From: Geosiphon pyriformis uo1
Taxonomy: Eukaryota; Fungi; Glomeromycota
Length of the DNA stretch: 64,000 nucleotides
Assembly: GCA_016748015.1 (NCBI GenBank)
Contig: JAAOMT010000703.1
Span: 553,170-617,169 of the forward strand
Direction of reading: 5' to 3'
The stretch's first letter is position 1, and every line of letters starts with the position of its first letter. Under the pieces are notes generated by a model that did no database searches, had not been told where the DNA came from, and worked only from the letters and a program-made list of their open reading frames with translations. Below, in pieces: positions 26,365-38,103 of the stretch. Position numbers and translations under genes: made by a program.

Positions 26365-27135
26365 CATGAAATTATCTTATAATTCCTATCATTAATTAGC
26401 ATATATTATCGTTTCAAATGATCACTTATTACATTAGCAANNNNNNNNNNNNNNNNNNNNNNNNNNNNNNNNNNNNNNNNNNNNNNNNNNNNNNNNNNNN
26501 NNNNNNNNNNNNNNNNNNNNNNNNNNNNNNNNNNNNNNNNNNNNNNNNNNNNNNNNNNNNNNNNNNNNNNNNNNNNNNNNNNNNNNNNNNNNNNNNNNNN
26601 NNNNNNNNNNNNNNNNNNNNNNNNNNNNNNNNNNNNNNNNNNNNNNNNNNNNNNNNNNNNNNNNNNNNNNNNNNNNNNNNNNNNNNNNNNNNNNNNNNNN
26701 NNNNNNNNNNNNNNNNNNNNNNNNNNNNNNNNNNNNNNNNNNNNNNNNNNNNNNNNNNNNNNNNNNNNNNNNNNNNNNNNNNNNNNNNNNNNNNNNNNNN
26801 NNNNNNNNNNNNNNNNNNNNNNNNNNNNNNNNNNNNNNNNNNNNNNNNNNNNNNNNNNNNNNNNNGACTTTCACAGCAAAGTAACTACACATTTTTAGTG
26901 AGCTTCCAGATGAGCAATTCCTGAGAAAGAGTTGACGTTTACTACAATGTAACTACATAAAGCAACTGGCATGGAATTGGCCATTCCACTCATAAGCCCA
27001 GCAAGTTCAAATTATAGGAGATAATTTGAAGATAAATTCAGTTACTGGAGGTTCAACCACATCCAGAAAACGTGAATTCACAGCAAATAAGTATCAACAA
27101 CGTTACAGAAAAGAGACCAAAAACCTCCAGTAACA
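26333..27135 (+). repeat. 3' LTR of B (contains the assembly gap)
   Basis: Both sides of the gap align to 17459-17566 and 18166-18435. Confidence 0.93.
26441..26865. other. Assembly gap (425 N)
   Basis: Run of N. Confidence 1.
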
Positions 27136-30100
27136 GTGTCTTATTGGTTTTGATAAGATGTCTGCCATTGTCAAGGAGCTTCTTGATGGGAAAGCTGCTG
27201 GACTTTTTGGCATCTCTAATGAATTGTGGAAATGATATAACAAGTCAGTTTTGGATATGCTTCTGGTGCTTTTAAACTTTTGCTTGGTTGGTAAATTGGT
27301 TCCTGAACTTTGGAGAGAAGCTTGGGTCTCGATGATCCCAAAACCTTATGAATAGGAGAGAGTTCTCACAAACACCTGTCATATTGCTTTGATTGAAATG
27401 GCCTGCAAGATTCTTTCCAAGGTCCTTTCGGATAAGATTTCCTCAGCTTGTAGTACATTTGATGTTCTTTATGAGAACAATTTTTCTGTTCTAAAAGATA
27501 TGACAACACAGTCCCCCATTTTTGCCATTGGTTCTGTTGTTAAAGATGCCTTGGAGAAGAACCGAGAACTCTGGTTGGTTTTGCAAAACATGTACAAGGC
27601 TTATGACTTAGTTGGTTGGGAACATCTTAGGAGGAGTTTGGTCAGAATTAAAATGTGTGACAAGTTTATAAGGTTTTTTGATAGTATTTATAATGGGCAC
27701 ATTAATAGGATAATGACAGATTTTGGCTTAACTGATGAATATCATGTTTATGATAGATTGGACCAAAGAGAAGTTTTCTCACCTCTTCTTTAGTGCATCT
27801 TCTATGATTTGCTTTTGTGTAAAGTCAAGAGGCAGGAGAGTGTATATGGATACAGATTGAATTTCTATTTTATATCCAAAACTGGCCGAGCGGATCCTCA
27901 GGCCGGGTTGACATCATTTTTTGCTGCTAGTGCTTTTGTTGATAATATGATTTGGGTTGGTAGCAGCCAGGCTGCTACACAACACATCCTTAATGTTGTT
28001 AGTGAGTTTTTTAGGTTTAATAACATTTCGATAAATAATGACAAGACGGTGGCCATTCCTATCAACTGCCGGGTTACAAATTCTTATCTGACTATCAGTG
28101 GCTTACCTATTTCTATTACCAAGAAAGAGGAATGTCATCATTATCTGGGTATTTTTTTGTCAACTGAGGGATTGTCGAGGCCTAGCCTGGTCAAAGTTCA
28201 CATGAATGTTCAGTTTTTTGCTAATTTTGTTTTGAAAAAAGTGGTTTCAGATAAACAGTTTGCATATTTGGTGTCTGCTGTACTCTTTTTGATTGTCTAC
28301 TACAGGACACAATTCAGTTATGTTTCTTTGAATGTGTGCAATAAGTGGAATGCCATGATTTGCAAAGGCTTGAAGTCTAAAGCTGGCCTTCCATTCAACT
28401 TTCCCAATGATGCACTCCATCATTCCTCTTTGTATGGTCTGAGAACTTTCGAACAAATTCAGACTAAAAGCAAATCAGCTTTTGTTCTTTGTAAATTCTG
28501 TTGGGTTATTGGGTCACTTATTCTCTTACAGGTCTCATGACCTTCAGGTTCTCAGTTGGCATTCTCATCATTCTTTGCAATTTCCAGTTTGTATTAAAAT
28601 TTGTCTTACAAACAATTTTTTGGCTAAGGTGGTCCATATCTTTTCTGGATGTGATTTGTCTCTTGGTGGTTCTTTTTCTAGTGCTTTTCATTTTCATGGT
28701 AGTTTTCCTATGTCTTTTGTTCTTGGTGAGCATTGCTTTTCCAAGTATGTTTTTTTACTTCACCACTACGGTATTGCTTTTGTAGAGCAGTTATGTGACC
28801 AGGCCAGTGCCATTTTTAGTTGGAATACCTTTAAGTACTGGAAAAGACTGGACCTCTGTGGCCTAGTTCCTTTCTGGTTTGATCTTTCTGTACAATTTCT
28901 TAGTGGTGTTGTTTCTTCTTCTTCTGTTTGCCTTCTCTCCATAGATGGTCATGCTCTTTTTGATGTTCTTCAATCACACGATTTTGGTGTTGTTTGTGAT
29001 GCTCTGCTGAACACTAATACTGCTGTTAGTCTTTCTGTGTATATGGATGGATTTCTAAGTGGTTTGGGTACTGTAGTATGAAGGCTGGTACTGCTGCTTT
29101 TTTTGAGAACATTCATTTGGGTTTGGGTATAAGGATGTTTGGCATGGTTTCCTCAATGCTGGCGGAATTACAGGCCATTGCTTTAGTACTTGAGTGTATT
29201 TCTCCTTTTCGTTTGGTTGACTTATTCTCAGACAGCCAAGTGGCTTTGGATGCATGTGAGTCTGAGTCTTTATTGATTCATCCTGATTTCAGGAATTGGT
29301 GTTGGATCAAGTGTCACTACATTATTGATGTTATTCGGAATAAAAATTTGAATGTAAATTGGGTCAAAATCAAGGATCATTTAGATGTCTTAGGCAATGA
29401 GCAAGCCAATGCACTTGTTAAGGCGGCAGCTTCCTCTTCTTGGTGGCTACTTTATAGGATCAGTAAGTGTTTTTTAAGAAGTGGTGGTTCTGTGGTTTCT
29501 GGTAATTTGAAACACTTTGTTTGTGATGTTTTTCGGTTTGTTAACCGAATGCGTTGGGAGGTTGGCTCTGGTTTCCGGGTTGTGGTTGGTGGTTTATGTG
29601 GTGATATTAATTGGTCCAGATCTTCTTTGGTGTGGCACTCTGATTCTCACATGGCTGTTGGTTCTACTAGTGCACAAATGGCTGGCCTTTGGACTTACTT
29701 TATAAAGGCTCTGTACCACCAACTTCCTGTGGCTATGTATAAGCATCTGTATAATAGACATTATCTCAGCATGGCGTGTTTATTCTGTGGCGATGTCAAG
29801 GTTTCTGATCATGTTTTTTTCTGCTCCTTTGATGCTGCTGGTTGTTCTCATTTGATGAATACTTTTGTGATAACTTGGGAGACCTGTTCTGGTTTATCTC
29901 ATTCCTCCTCTTGTGTTTCACAGTTGTTGTCTACTTGCACATCTGACATTGTGACTGGTGCAGCTTTGTGCAAGAGTTTTGTTTTTAGGGATTGGTATTA
30001 GGAATCTGTTTCCACTTTTAAGGGCTCTAAGGTGGCGATTACTAATGTGGTAAACTTTGTGCGTGATTTTTGTATTGCATTCCAGAATGATATTTGGCTG

Positions 30101-31110
30101 GTCCATGTGAAACATCATGCTGTTATAGAAAGAAATGGGCTGATCCCACATGATGGCTTTATTTCTGTCTTTGTTTCTGGTTTTTCTGAGCAGCTTTTGT
30201 CTGGTATTGTTAGGTTGTTGGGAGTTGCTGAAGCATTTGGTGTTGGTTTCGGGTTTTGTAAGTCCTATTTGTTTTTTTCTGGTACTTGTGATGAGGTTTT
30301 GGTTCATATAGGTGTCTAGTGTAGTCTTGACTGGTCTGAGTGGCTGGTTACATGTAATAAGAACATGATTCGTGCCTAGTTTAGATCATTTGAATAATGT
30401 ATTGCACTAGGTAGTGTTTGGACTTTATTCATTAAACATTAATAATAATAATAATAATAAAATTATATATACTTTAAAAATTATATAAAAACAAATACAT
30501 AATAAATTTAAAACAGTAATTAAATTAATAAATACTTATTACAAAATTAGAATAGCTTTAAAACTTTATAATTTATTTAATATTGTAAAAATAGTATGTA
30601 AAATTTAATATTTAATTACTTATTTATATGCTTAAAAGATATTATTAAGTAAAAAAAATTAATTTTAAGTCATATTAATTTTTGGAAATTTTTAACTAAA
30701 AAAGTTATTCTTTTATTTTTCTTTATGTTGCAGTTTTTATTTTTGTGTTTTTTAAATATCAGTTTATATATAATGTTTTACAAGATTTTTATACTAAAAA
30801 ATTGATTTAAAAATACTTTAGTAATGTTTAATAATAAGAAAAAAACAATTTTAACTCTGGTAAATTTCTTTTGTCAATTAATCAAACACTATTATCAAGA
30901 AATTTGATTGACTAAAACCAAGTTTAAGTCAAATATAATAAAAATAAATTAATTATTGATAATAGTATAATATTAATAATTATAATGATTTAATTTTTAG
31001 TTTGTCTAATAGATTTATTTATATGTTTAGTATTATTTAAATTAATAAAAGTAAGTTTAATAAGCATATATTTTGTTTTTTTTTTGGTATTAATAATAAT
31101 TTATTTGTAT

Positions 31111-31768
31111 TGTTACAGGTTGAAGTAACAAGCTAATGGATAACAAGGGAGAACAGGATTGTAGGGTGATGAAAATAATTAAAGGGGAATTCAATTTTAG
31201 AGAGTGAATTGAATGAGTATGGATTTAATATGTGAGATTAGTCTCATAAAATATCTCAGTTGCTATTTTTTTCAAAGGTAACTGGAGAATCTGAAAGTAT
31301 AAGAATAGTCCATACTGTCAACAATTGATCACCGCTGGTATTAATTCTATGCCTTTATATTGGCACTCTTAGAATTCAATATCAGATATCAACTTGTGTT
31401 TTTCAGTCAAATAGTCTTTAAATACTACAATTATTCAAACAGAAAAAGACCAACAAGTAATCTTTTATCCTAAGATGTTCGGATATTTGAAGGTAGGAAA
31501 AGAGAAATTAGTAATAAGAGAGTGATTGAGATGAAAGTTGTTATTTTTATTTATTTAATTCTTGTCTGAGAGATGATTTTTTACAGCTAAAAGACTCATT
31601 GCTTATATAGCTATTAAAAATGGTCAATAACCAAGTCAACGACTAGGTCAATGATCAGATTAATGATCAGGTCAATGATCACTATCTAAAAATAGAGTGG
31701 CTAATTATATGACATCAATGGCTAATACATGTGATAACTAATAAAAATTATGGGTTTTAATTGTAACA
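31111..31768 (-). repeat. 3' LTR of C (658 bp) with GGTCAATGATCA 12-mer array
   Basis: Direct repeat of 38104-38795; length difference is mostly array copy number. Confidence 0.93.
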
Positions 31769-32394
31769 TTATCCTCTCCAAAGAGATTAAGCTCCAGCAA
31801 AATCAAGCTATTTATAAGGTATTCTAATTGAAGGGTTTTGTCTAACTCAAAACTAACTAGTTTGTTGAAGTCTTTTGTGGATAGAGTGTATAGTACTTGA
31901 GGCAAAATAAGCTTTATATCCAAGAGACCAAATCTTTGTATAAGAGTTTTGGCTCTTCTTGCAATGGTCAAAACTCTTGGGACATCTAAACATATAATGC
32001 CCAAAATTTCCACTTGTATCTCTGAAGTTGTTTTCTTCATGAGTTTTATTTCTTCTATGATTTTACCAAGATGACCATAGAGTTCTAGTTGTCTTCCATA
32101 TGACAAGTTTTTGTCTATGGGCAAAATTTCCTTAATTGTTTTTCCAATTGTCATGAAAGATATAAGTATTGCTGCTGTTATGCTTTCTAGCAAATACTTA
32201 TCTATTTTGCTACCAATTCTTTCTCTTTTGGTAGTGGTTTTCTTTGGTCTAATAACAGTATGTATTTTACTGTTATCAGTTATGGTGGTTTGTTTTCCAA
32301 TGGTCAGAGTAGCATTTGGATAATTTTTGATCCAGTACTTATGAAGAATGTAGAAAGCATTTTGAATGTTTTGATCTAGAAAATAATTGTTCAT
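31738..32394 (-). CDS. Element C ORF3: uninterrupted 218-aa accessory protein of unknown function
   Basis: ATG at 32394 (MNNYFLDQNIQ); no internal stop; runs through the PPT into the LTR. Confidence 0.75.
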   Translation of the reverse strand: MNNYFLDQNIQNAFYILHKYWIKNYPNATLTIGKQTTITDNSKIHTVIRPKKTTTKRERIGSKIDKYLLESITAAILISFMTIGKTIKEILPIDKNLSYGRQLELYGHLGKIIEEIKLMKKTTSEIQVEILGIICLDVPRVLTIARRAKTLIQRFGLLDIKLILPQVLYTLSTKDFNKLVSFELDKTLQLEYLINSLILLELNLFGEDNVTIKTHNFY

Positions 32395-32435
32395 GTCAAT
32401 TGAAGATACCTCTGTTTTAGGAATGGTGCATTTAT

Positions 32436-33752
32436 TTATATCTGATTTTTGTTGATTATTTGGGTCGTTATTATCACAACAGGTAACCAATCAGGTCATT
32501 TGTAAATTTTTTCTTGAGTCATATGCCATAAACAGGGCGATCATTGAAGATTGTTCCATATTAATCTTGTAAGATATAAGAACCATTGTTTAAAACTTTG
32601 TTGACTATAAAGGGTCCTTTCCACTGGCTAGAGAATTTATTACCATAGACATTGTTTCTGTTTGAATGGTATTCTAAAACTAAGTTACCAACACTTAAGG
32701 AAAGTGTTTTATATGTTTTCTTTTTTTTAAACTTCTCTTGGAATTGTTTTATTTTTTCAAAGGCAATTATTCATGCTTCTACTAATGAATCAAGAATGGT
32801 ACCAAGTCTTCTTTGCAAAATGTCTTTGTAATTCCCTATTGTTATTTCTTCAAAGAGTATTGTCTCAATGTCAGTTTCTATTGGTAGGGTTGCCATTTAT
32901 CCATAGAATAGATAAAAGGATTCATAACTTGTTATGTCATAATTCACAGTTCTATAAGCAAACAAAGCTGAAAGCAGTACTTTGTTCCATAAGTTTGTTT
33001 CTTTGCTGGTTTTGGCTAGGGTTTCACATAGTGTTCTATTAAAATGTTCTACTAGGCTATTTGTTTAGGGGTAATAAGGAGAGGAAAGTTTGTGACGTAT
33101 TTCCATTTTTCTACAAAGTTCTTCAACAAGTGTACTAAAAAAAGCTCTTTTTCTGTCAGATAAAAGTTCTTTGGGGCAGCCATGGCGACAAATGATATCT
33201 TCATAAATGAAATTGGCTATTGAGACTGCTGTTTGGTCTGGCTCTTGCTTCTACCCACTTTATAAGATAGTCAGTAGCTGTGATAATGTATCTATTGCCA
33301 TCAAGAGTTATTGTTAAAGATCCAACAACATCTATACCAATTCTGTCAAAGGGTTGACCAACAGAGATTGGATGAATATCTTCTTTGCGATTGGGTTTTC
33401 CTCTTCTTTGGCAGATATCACAGGTTTTAATGTATTCAGCAATGTCTTTTCCCAAGGTAGGCCAATAATAGCGAGCTAGAGTTTTCTGAATTGTTTTTGT
33501 TTTTCCAAAGTGTCCAGCTAATGGATCAGTATACATATTGTAGATCACAATTTCTCTTTCTTCAAATCTGATGACTCTTTGCAGACAGTCAGGATCTTTT
33601 CTATTTCTTTTATAAAGTTGGTTCTGGCAAATCAAATAGAAATTTAATTGTTTGCGCAAATGTTCTCTTTGTTGTCGTGTGTATTTCAGTGGGTATTGTC
33701 CTTTACCCAAAAATTCCATTAAAGCAGAGTAGTTGTCCAAGTCCATTATCAT
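32436..33752 (-). pseudogene. Element C stand-alone integrase ORF
   Basis: M(I)MDLDNYSALMEFLGKGQYP..., HHCC, GIDVVG, WKGPF; starts 61 nt after the RH stop; stops and small frameshifts. Confidence 0.88.
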
Positions 33753-33813
33753 GTTTGTCAAAAAGAAGAAATTACTAATAATTAAGTTGGTTTGGTTTGA
33801 AAGAGTTGTTCTG

Positions 33814-36800
33814 TCACTGAATGGTAAGTCTGGAGAGAGTGTTAGCATTTTGATAATTAGCTCCTTTGCAATGTTGAATATTATAGTCGAATTCATCTAA
33901 ATGGAATATTCAGCGAGTTATCCATTTGTGTTTTAGTTTCTTTTTGTTGTGCAGCCAAACCAAAGCTTGGTAATTTGTTACCACCAAAAACTTTATACCA
34001 AGAAGATACTTATTCCAGTAACTGGTGGACCATACTACTGCTAAGCATTCTTGTTCAGTGACTGAATAGTTCTGTTCTGCTGGGGAAAGGGTTCTATTGA
34101 CATAGGCTATGACATGTTCTTTGCTATCTTCATCTTTCTGGAAGAGAACAGCACCAAGTTCAAAGCCAGATGCATCAGTGTGGAGGATAAAGGGTCGATC
34201 TAGATCAGGTTGCTTGAGAATGGGTTCTGTAACCAGTTTTTCTTTTAAAGTTTCAAAGGCTTTTTGCTGATATGTTCCTCAATGGTAATTGACATTTTTT
34301 CTGAGTAGCTGATTGAGAGGAAAGGCGATTTTGGAGAAATCCTTGATAAATTTGCGATAATAAGAGACCAAACCAAGAAAAGAGCATAGTTCATGAATGT
34401 TCATTGGTTGTTTGATGTTTTGAACTTTTTCAACTTTGGCTGGGTCAGGAAAGATTCCATCTTTTGTGATAAGATGACCAAAAAACTGGGTGGATTGTCT
34501 TTCAAAGAAAGATTTGATTGGGTTGATCTTGAGGCCAGCATTTCTGAGGAGGTCAAAAACCTTTTGCAAATGTTCCAGGTATTCATCCCAGATTTTTGAG
34601 TATACTATTATGTCATCCAAATAGACTAGAACAAAGTTTTCCTTGACTGATTCAAATACTTTATCCATTAAGCATTGAAAGGTGGGAGGGGCATTGGTGA
34701 GACCAAAAGACATAACTGTGAATTCATAGGTGCCATACTTGGTGATGAAGACAGTTTTCTTTCTGCTTTTTGGATTCATCTCTACTTGCCAGAATTCAGT
34801 AGTTAAGTCAATGATTGAAAAGAAAGCAGCATTTTTGAATTGGTCTAACATTGCATCAATCTTGGGAAGTGGGTACATGTCTCTTTCAATGATGGCATTT
34901 AATTGGCGGTAGTTGACACAGAAGTGTAGTGTTCCATCTTTCTTGGATACTACTACAACTGGGAAAGCCTATTTACTCTTGGTTTTTTGTATGAATCCAA
35001 GTTCTTTTATCTGGTTTATTTCTTTCTTGATAAACTCATCATTGTGCCAATTGGATTGATAAGGCTTCAAATGAATGGGTCGAATTTTTCTGGTGGTAAT
35101 AGTGTGTTGTATCACATGGATACGTCCAGGGGTATTACCTTCTTTGGAGATAACTGGGCTATTTCTAGCCAGCAAATTTTCAATGTCTATTTTTCTTTTT
35201 TCTGAGAAGGGTTCTTTTTGTTTTACAACTAGTAATTGGATCTCAGGTGGTTTTTTCTCAAAGGACTTCTGTACTTCTTTCAATTTTTCTCTGAATATCA
35301 AACTGATTGGTTCCCAATCTATGTAATAGATCAGACATGATTTGCATTCATCACTTGGAGAATACAAGAGTTTGTTGCACCAACACCAGGCACAAGGACT
35401 ATGCCACCAAAAACTGTATTTGGCTTTCTTGTCAGGTTTTCTTTCAAAGGTTTTTCTACAAATATCATAATAAGGCCAGCAGATTAGCTTGCCATTTACA
35501 ATGATTCCTTCTTTGTCTGCTTTAACATTGTCCAGTGGTTTGCTATTGCTGGTGAAGGTGGTATAAGTAAGTTCAGCAGTTTCTTCTTGCTCTTTTTGTT
35601 CTTCTTCTTCATTGTTTTCTTCATCATCTGATTCATCTGATTGTTCTTCTTCTTGGTTTTGTTTGGATACTGAGGGAGTTGTCTAATGGCAACACTTAAT
35701 CACAATGGGTTTTTCACCACATCTAATAGTTAATTCATAAAATTCATAATCAAGCAAAGTTTTTGCTTTCTTGAGCCATTTATTGCCAACAATGATGATG
35801 TATTCCTTGGCTTCAGAAACTTCCATGTCAGTTTCAATGCTGATTTCATTGATGCAGACAGAAACAGCTTTGGCAATACCCAGTTTTTTCTTTTTGTCAC
35901 CATGTACGTTGGTCATTGGTCTGGTAGAAAGTTCATTAATCTTTCTACCAATTGCTTTCAAGAAGTGTTTGGCAATGACACTAACAGATGATCCACTGTC
36001 CAGAATTAAGTCAATAAAGTATCCAGCCACTTGGGCTTTACAAATCAGAGGGATGACATTGCTGTTGTCAGCAAGTCCAACTTGGCAAGGGTGCTTGTTG
36101 GTTTTTGGTGTCTTCTTCTTTGGAATTAAGGATTTGTGAAGATCCTTTCTGAACTGTGGGTGGGTTATTAACTGGCCAAAGGTAATATGTGCTGGGGTTT
36201 CCATGAGATTTTTGACAATGGAATAGGGTCCAGATTTTTGTACAATTTCTGGGGGTTCCAACTTTGGAGGATTCTTAAAAACTTTAGCCTTTGGTGACTC
36301 ATTGTTATCAGTGGCAGAAGTTGAGACTTTGTTGGAGTCTAGAACGAAATCAATCTTGGCTTTCTTCTTCTTTCTGGTTGGTTCTGAGATGTTAATTGCT
36401 AGTTCATCCATGTCATGATCATCATCAATTAAGTTAAAAGCATAAAAAGGGTTTTCTTCTGATTGGCTTGCACTCTTACTCTTTGGAGGTGCACTTATCA
36501 GTTTAAAGGCTAATAAACAGTGGCTTCAATTAGGGAATTCTCTCCAAAGAAATTGATGTTGGCATGATTGGATCTTTGATTGGGGACATTGTTGTTGTTG
36601 TTGGGTCTGTTGTTTTGGTTGTTATTGTTTCTGGGAGCTGGAGGAGACAGTGGAGAATTGTTGCAATCTCTAGAAAAATGTCCAGTTAATCCACATTTAT
36701 AATACACAGGAGGGCCATGATTTTGCTGTCTTTGGTAAGAGGGTTGCTGGAGCTGATTAAAATGGTTTTCAAATCTGGGTTTTTGTGGTTGCTGATTATC

Positions 36801-38051
36801 TCTGACTGCTTAGGCTAATGATTCTAATAGCTGAACAAGATTTGCTGTAAGTCTATCTATTAATTGTTCATTTGGATCTTGTGTCTGAGCAGCAAAAGAA
36901 GTAGTGGTCATTTGAGAAATAGAAGCCATAACAGAAGCAGGAGCAAAAACTGGAAGTGTGGATTCCAAATGCATTCTTTGATTGTCTTCAATTCTTTGGG
37001 CGAGTTCAATGGCCATATCTATGGTGAGATTATTTTTTAAAGCCAAGAGAGGCCAAAAAGCATATGATAAATCAGTTCTCAATTCTTTTGTAAAGAAGTG
37101 GATTTTTTGCTCTTTAGTCCAGTTTCTACCAGAGTCTACACACTTGATAAGTTTTCTGATTGCTTTGGCATATTCAGTCACAATTTTACCAGGACTTTAG
37201 GTTCTTTTTTCTAATTCCATATGCCATTTAGATATTAAGATGGGAGTTCTGAATTTGTTTTCAAACCAGATAGTAAAAGAGATGTTGTTTTCTCCAATAT
37301 TTGCTGAGGTCCATTTAACAATTCTTTGTTGAGCACCAGCATTGGTTTCTTGTGAAAACCAGGTAGCAGGGGAGTCTTAGAGGTAGCCATCAACAATTTG
37401 GAACTTGTATTCATCATTATACTGGTTTGCAGTGACTGCTCTTTCAAAGTTGTCCAATCATTCAATTGGATCTTGGACATCACCTCTGAATAAGGGTAGT
37501 GGGATGTTGTTTCTTCATCCCAAAGCAGTTTGTATGTCTTGGAAGGTGGCCAGGATGTTTACTTGCATTGGATCTTGGGCCATTAGTTCAGGAGTTACTG
37601 TTTGTGTAGAGTGTTTTGATTCACTTAAGAAGAGATCAAAAATAGAGGCTGTTTGGTAGCTTTCTTCTTCTGTTTCAAGAGAAGTTACTGTTGATTGATG
37701 GGCAGCAATCCAAATGTGGATTTGATGATTCAGATATTCGAAATCAGGGGGCTGTTGTTCAAAGGTTGTAGAATATAAGAGCTGATTAATACTGTTATTT
37801 CTTTTTTCAAAGTTATCTTCAAAATAAGCTTGATCAAAGTAATAGGTTGTATAAGTTGTGTAGGTTTCAGCTGAATGCTCATTCAGGAACCAGTTCCAAA
37901 AGTCTTGGAATTGTCTGCTGGATTGTTCTTCAATGGGAAAGCAGATCAAGCAGAAGGGCAGAGGATTAAGTTCAATGAAATTTAGGTCGTTTTTGTTGTG
38001 TGCTGCAAAGTGTTCTTTTGATTGCTGTGACAGATATGAGTAATTACCCAT
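33814..38051 (-). pseudogene. Element C ORF1 Gag-PR-RT-RNaseH remnant
   Basis: Fragments 37515-38051, 36810-37181 and 36510-36707 in one frame; 35683-36411, 34969-35367 and 34279-34878 in another; ends NANTLSRLTIQ-TGA. Confidence 0.9.
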
Positions 38052-38103
38052 ACAATGAGGGAATAAGTAAATTTTAACAACCTTATAGGGAGCACCACTT
38101 TTA

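Larger units (their letters stand above)
17459..27135 (+). mobile_element. Complete Ty3/Gypsy LTR retrotransposon B with 4-bp TSD GTGT (17455-58 / 27136-39)
   Basis: Two LTRs, PBS, PPT and three ORFs; removing it restores LINE 1 ORF2. Confidence 0.96.
15950..30319 (+). pseudogene. LINE 1 ORF2 (15950-17458 + 27140-30319): APE endonuclease, RT, RNase H, C-terminal CxxC..H..C
   Basis: APE motifs (CNV.., TIDYLF, TDH); RT motifs (KAYD, SPLL, AFVDN, YLG); RNaseH motifs (YMDG, AELQAI, FSDSQ, VKIKDH..GNEQAN). Confidence 0.9.
14025..30460 (+). mobile_element. Full-length LINE 1 (ORF1 + APE-RT-RNaseH ORF2), split by LTR element B; (TAA)n tail
   Basis: 5' end matches the LINE at ~50940; ORF2 reads AFSGVMC|LIGFDKMS across the B insertion; tail at 30440-30460. 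Confidence 0.92.

Noticed and set aside
26418-26924. ORFs of X residues
   Set aside because: Artefacts of the N gap.
27930-27950. FVDN as a novel RT active site in both LINEs
   Set aside because: GAT>AAT is the prevailing G>A mutation, so ancestral FVDD is more parsimonious (B likewise shows YLND).
31738-32490. ORF3 as an env gene
   Set aside because: Too short; no signal peptide, furin site or C-terminal TM segment; only one moderately hydrophobic stretch.
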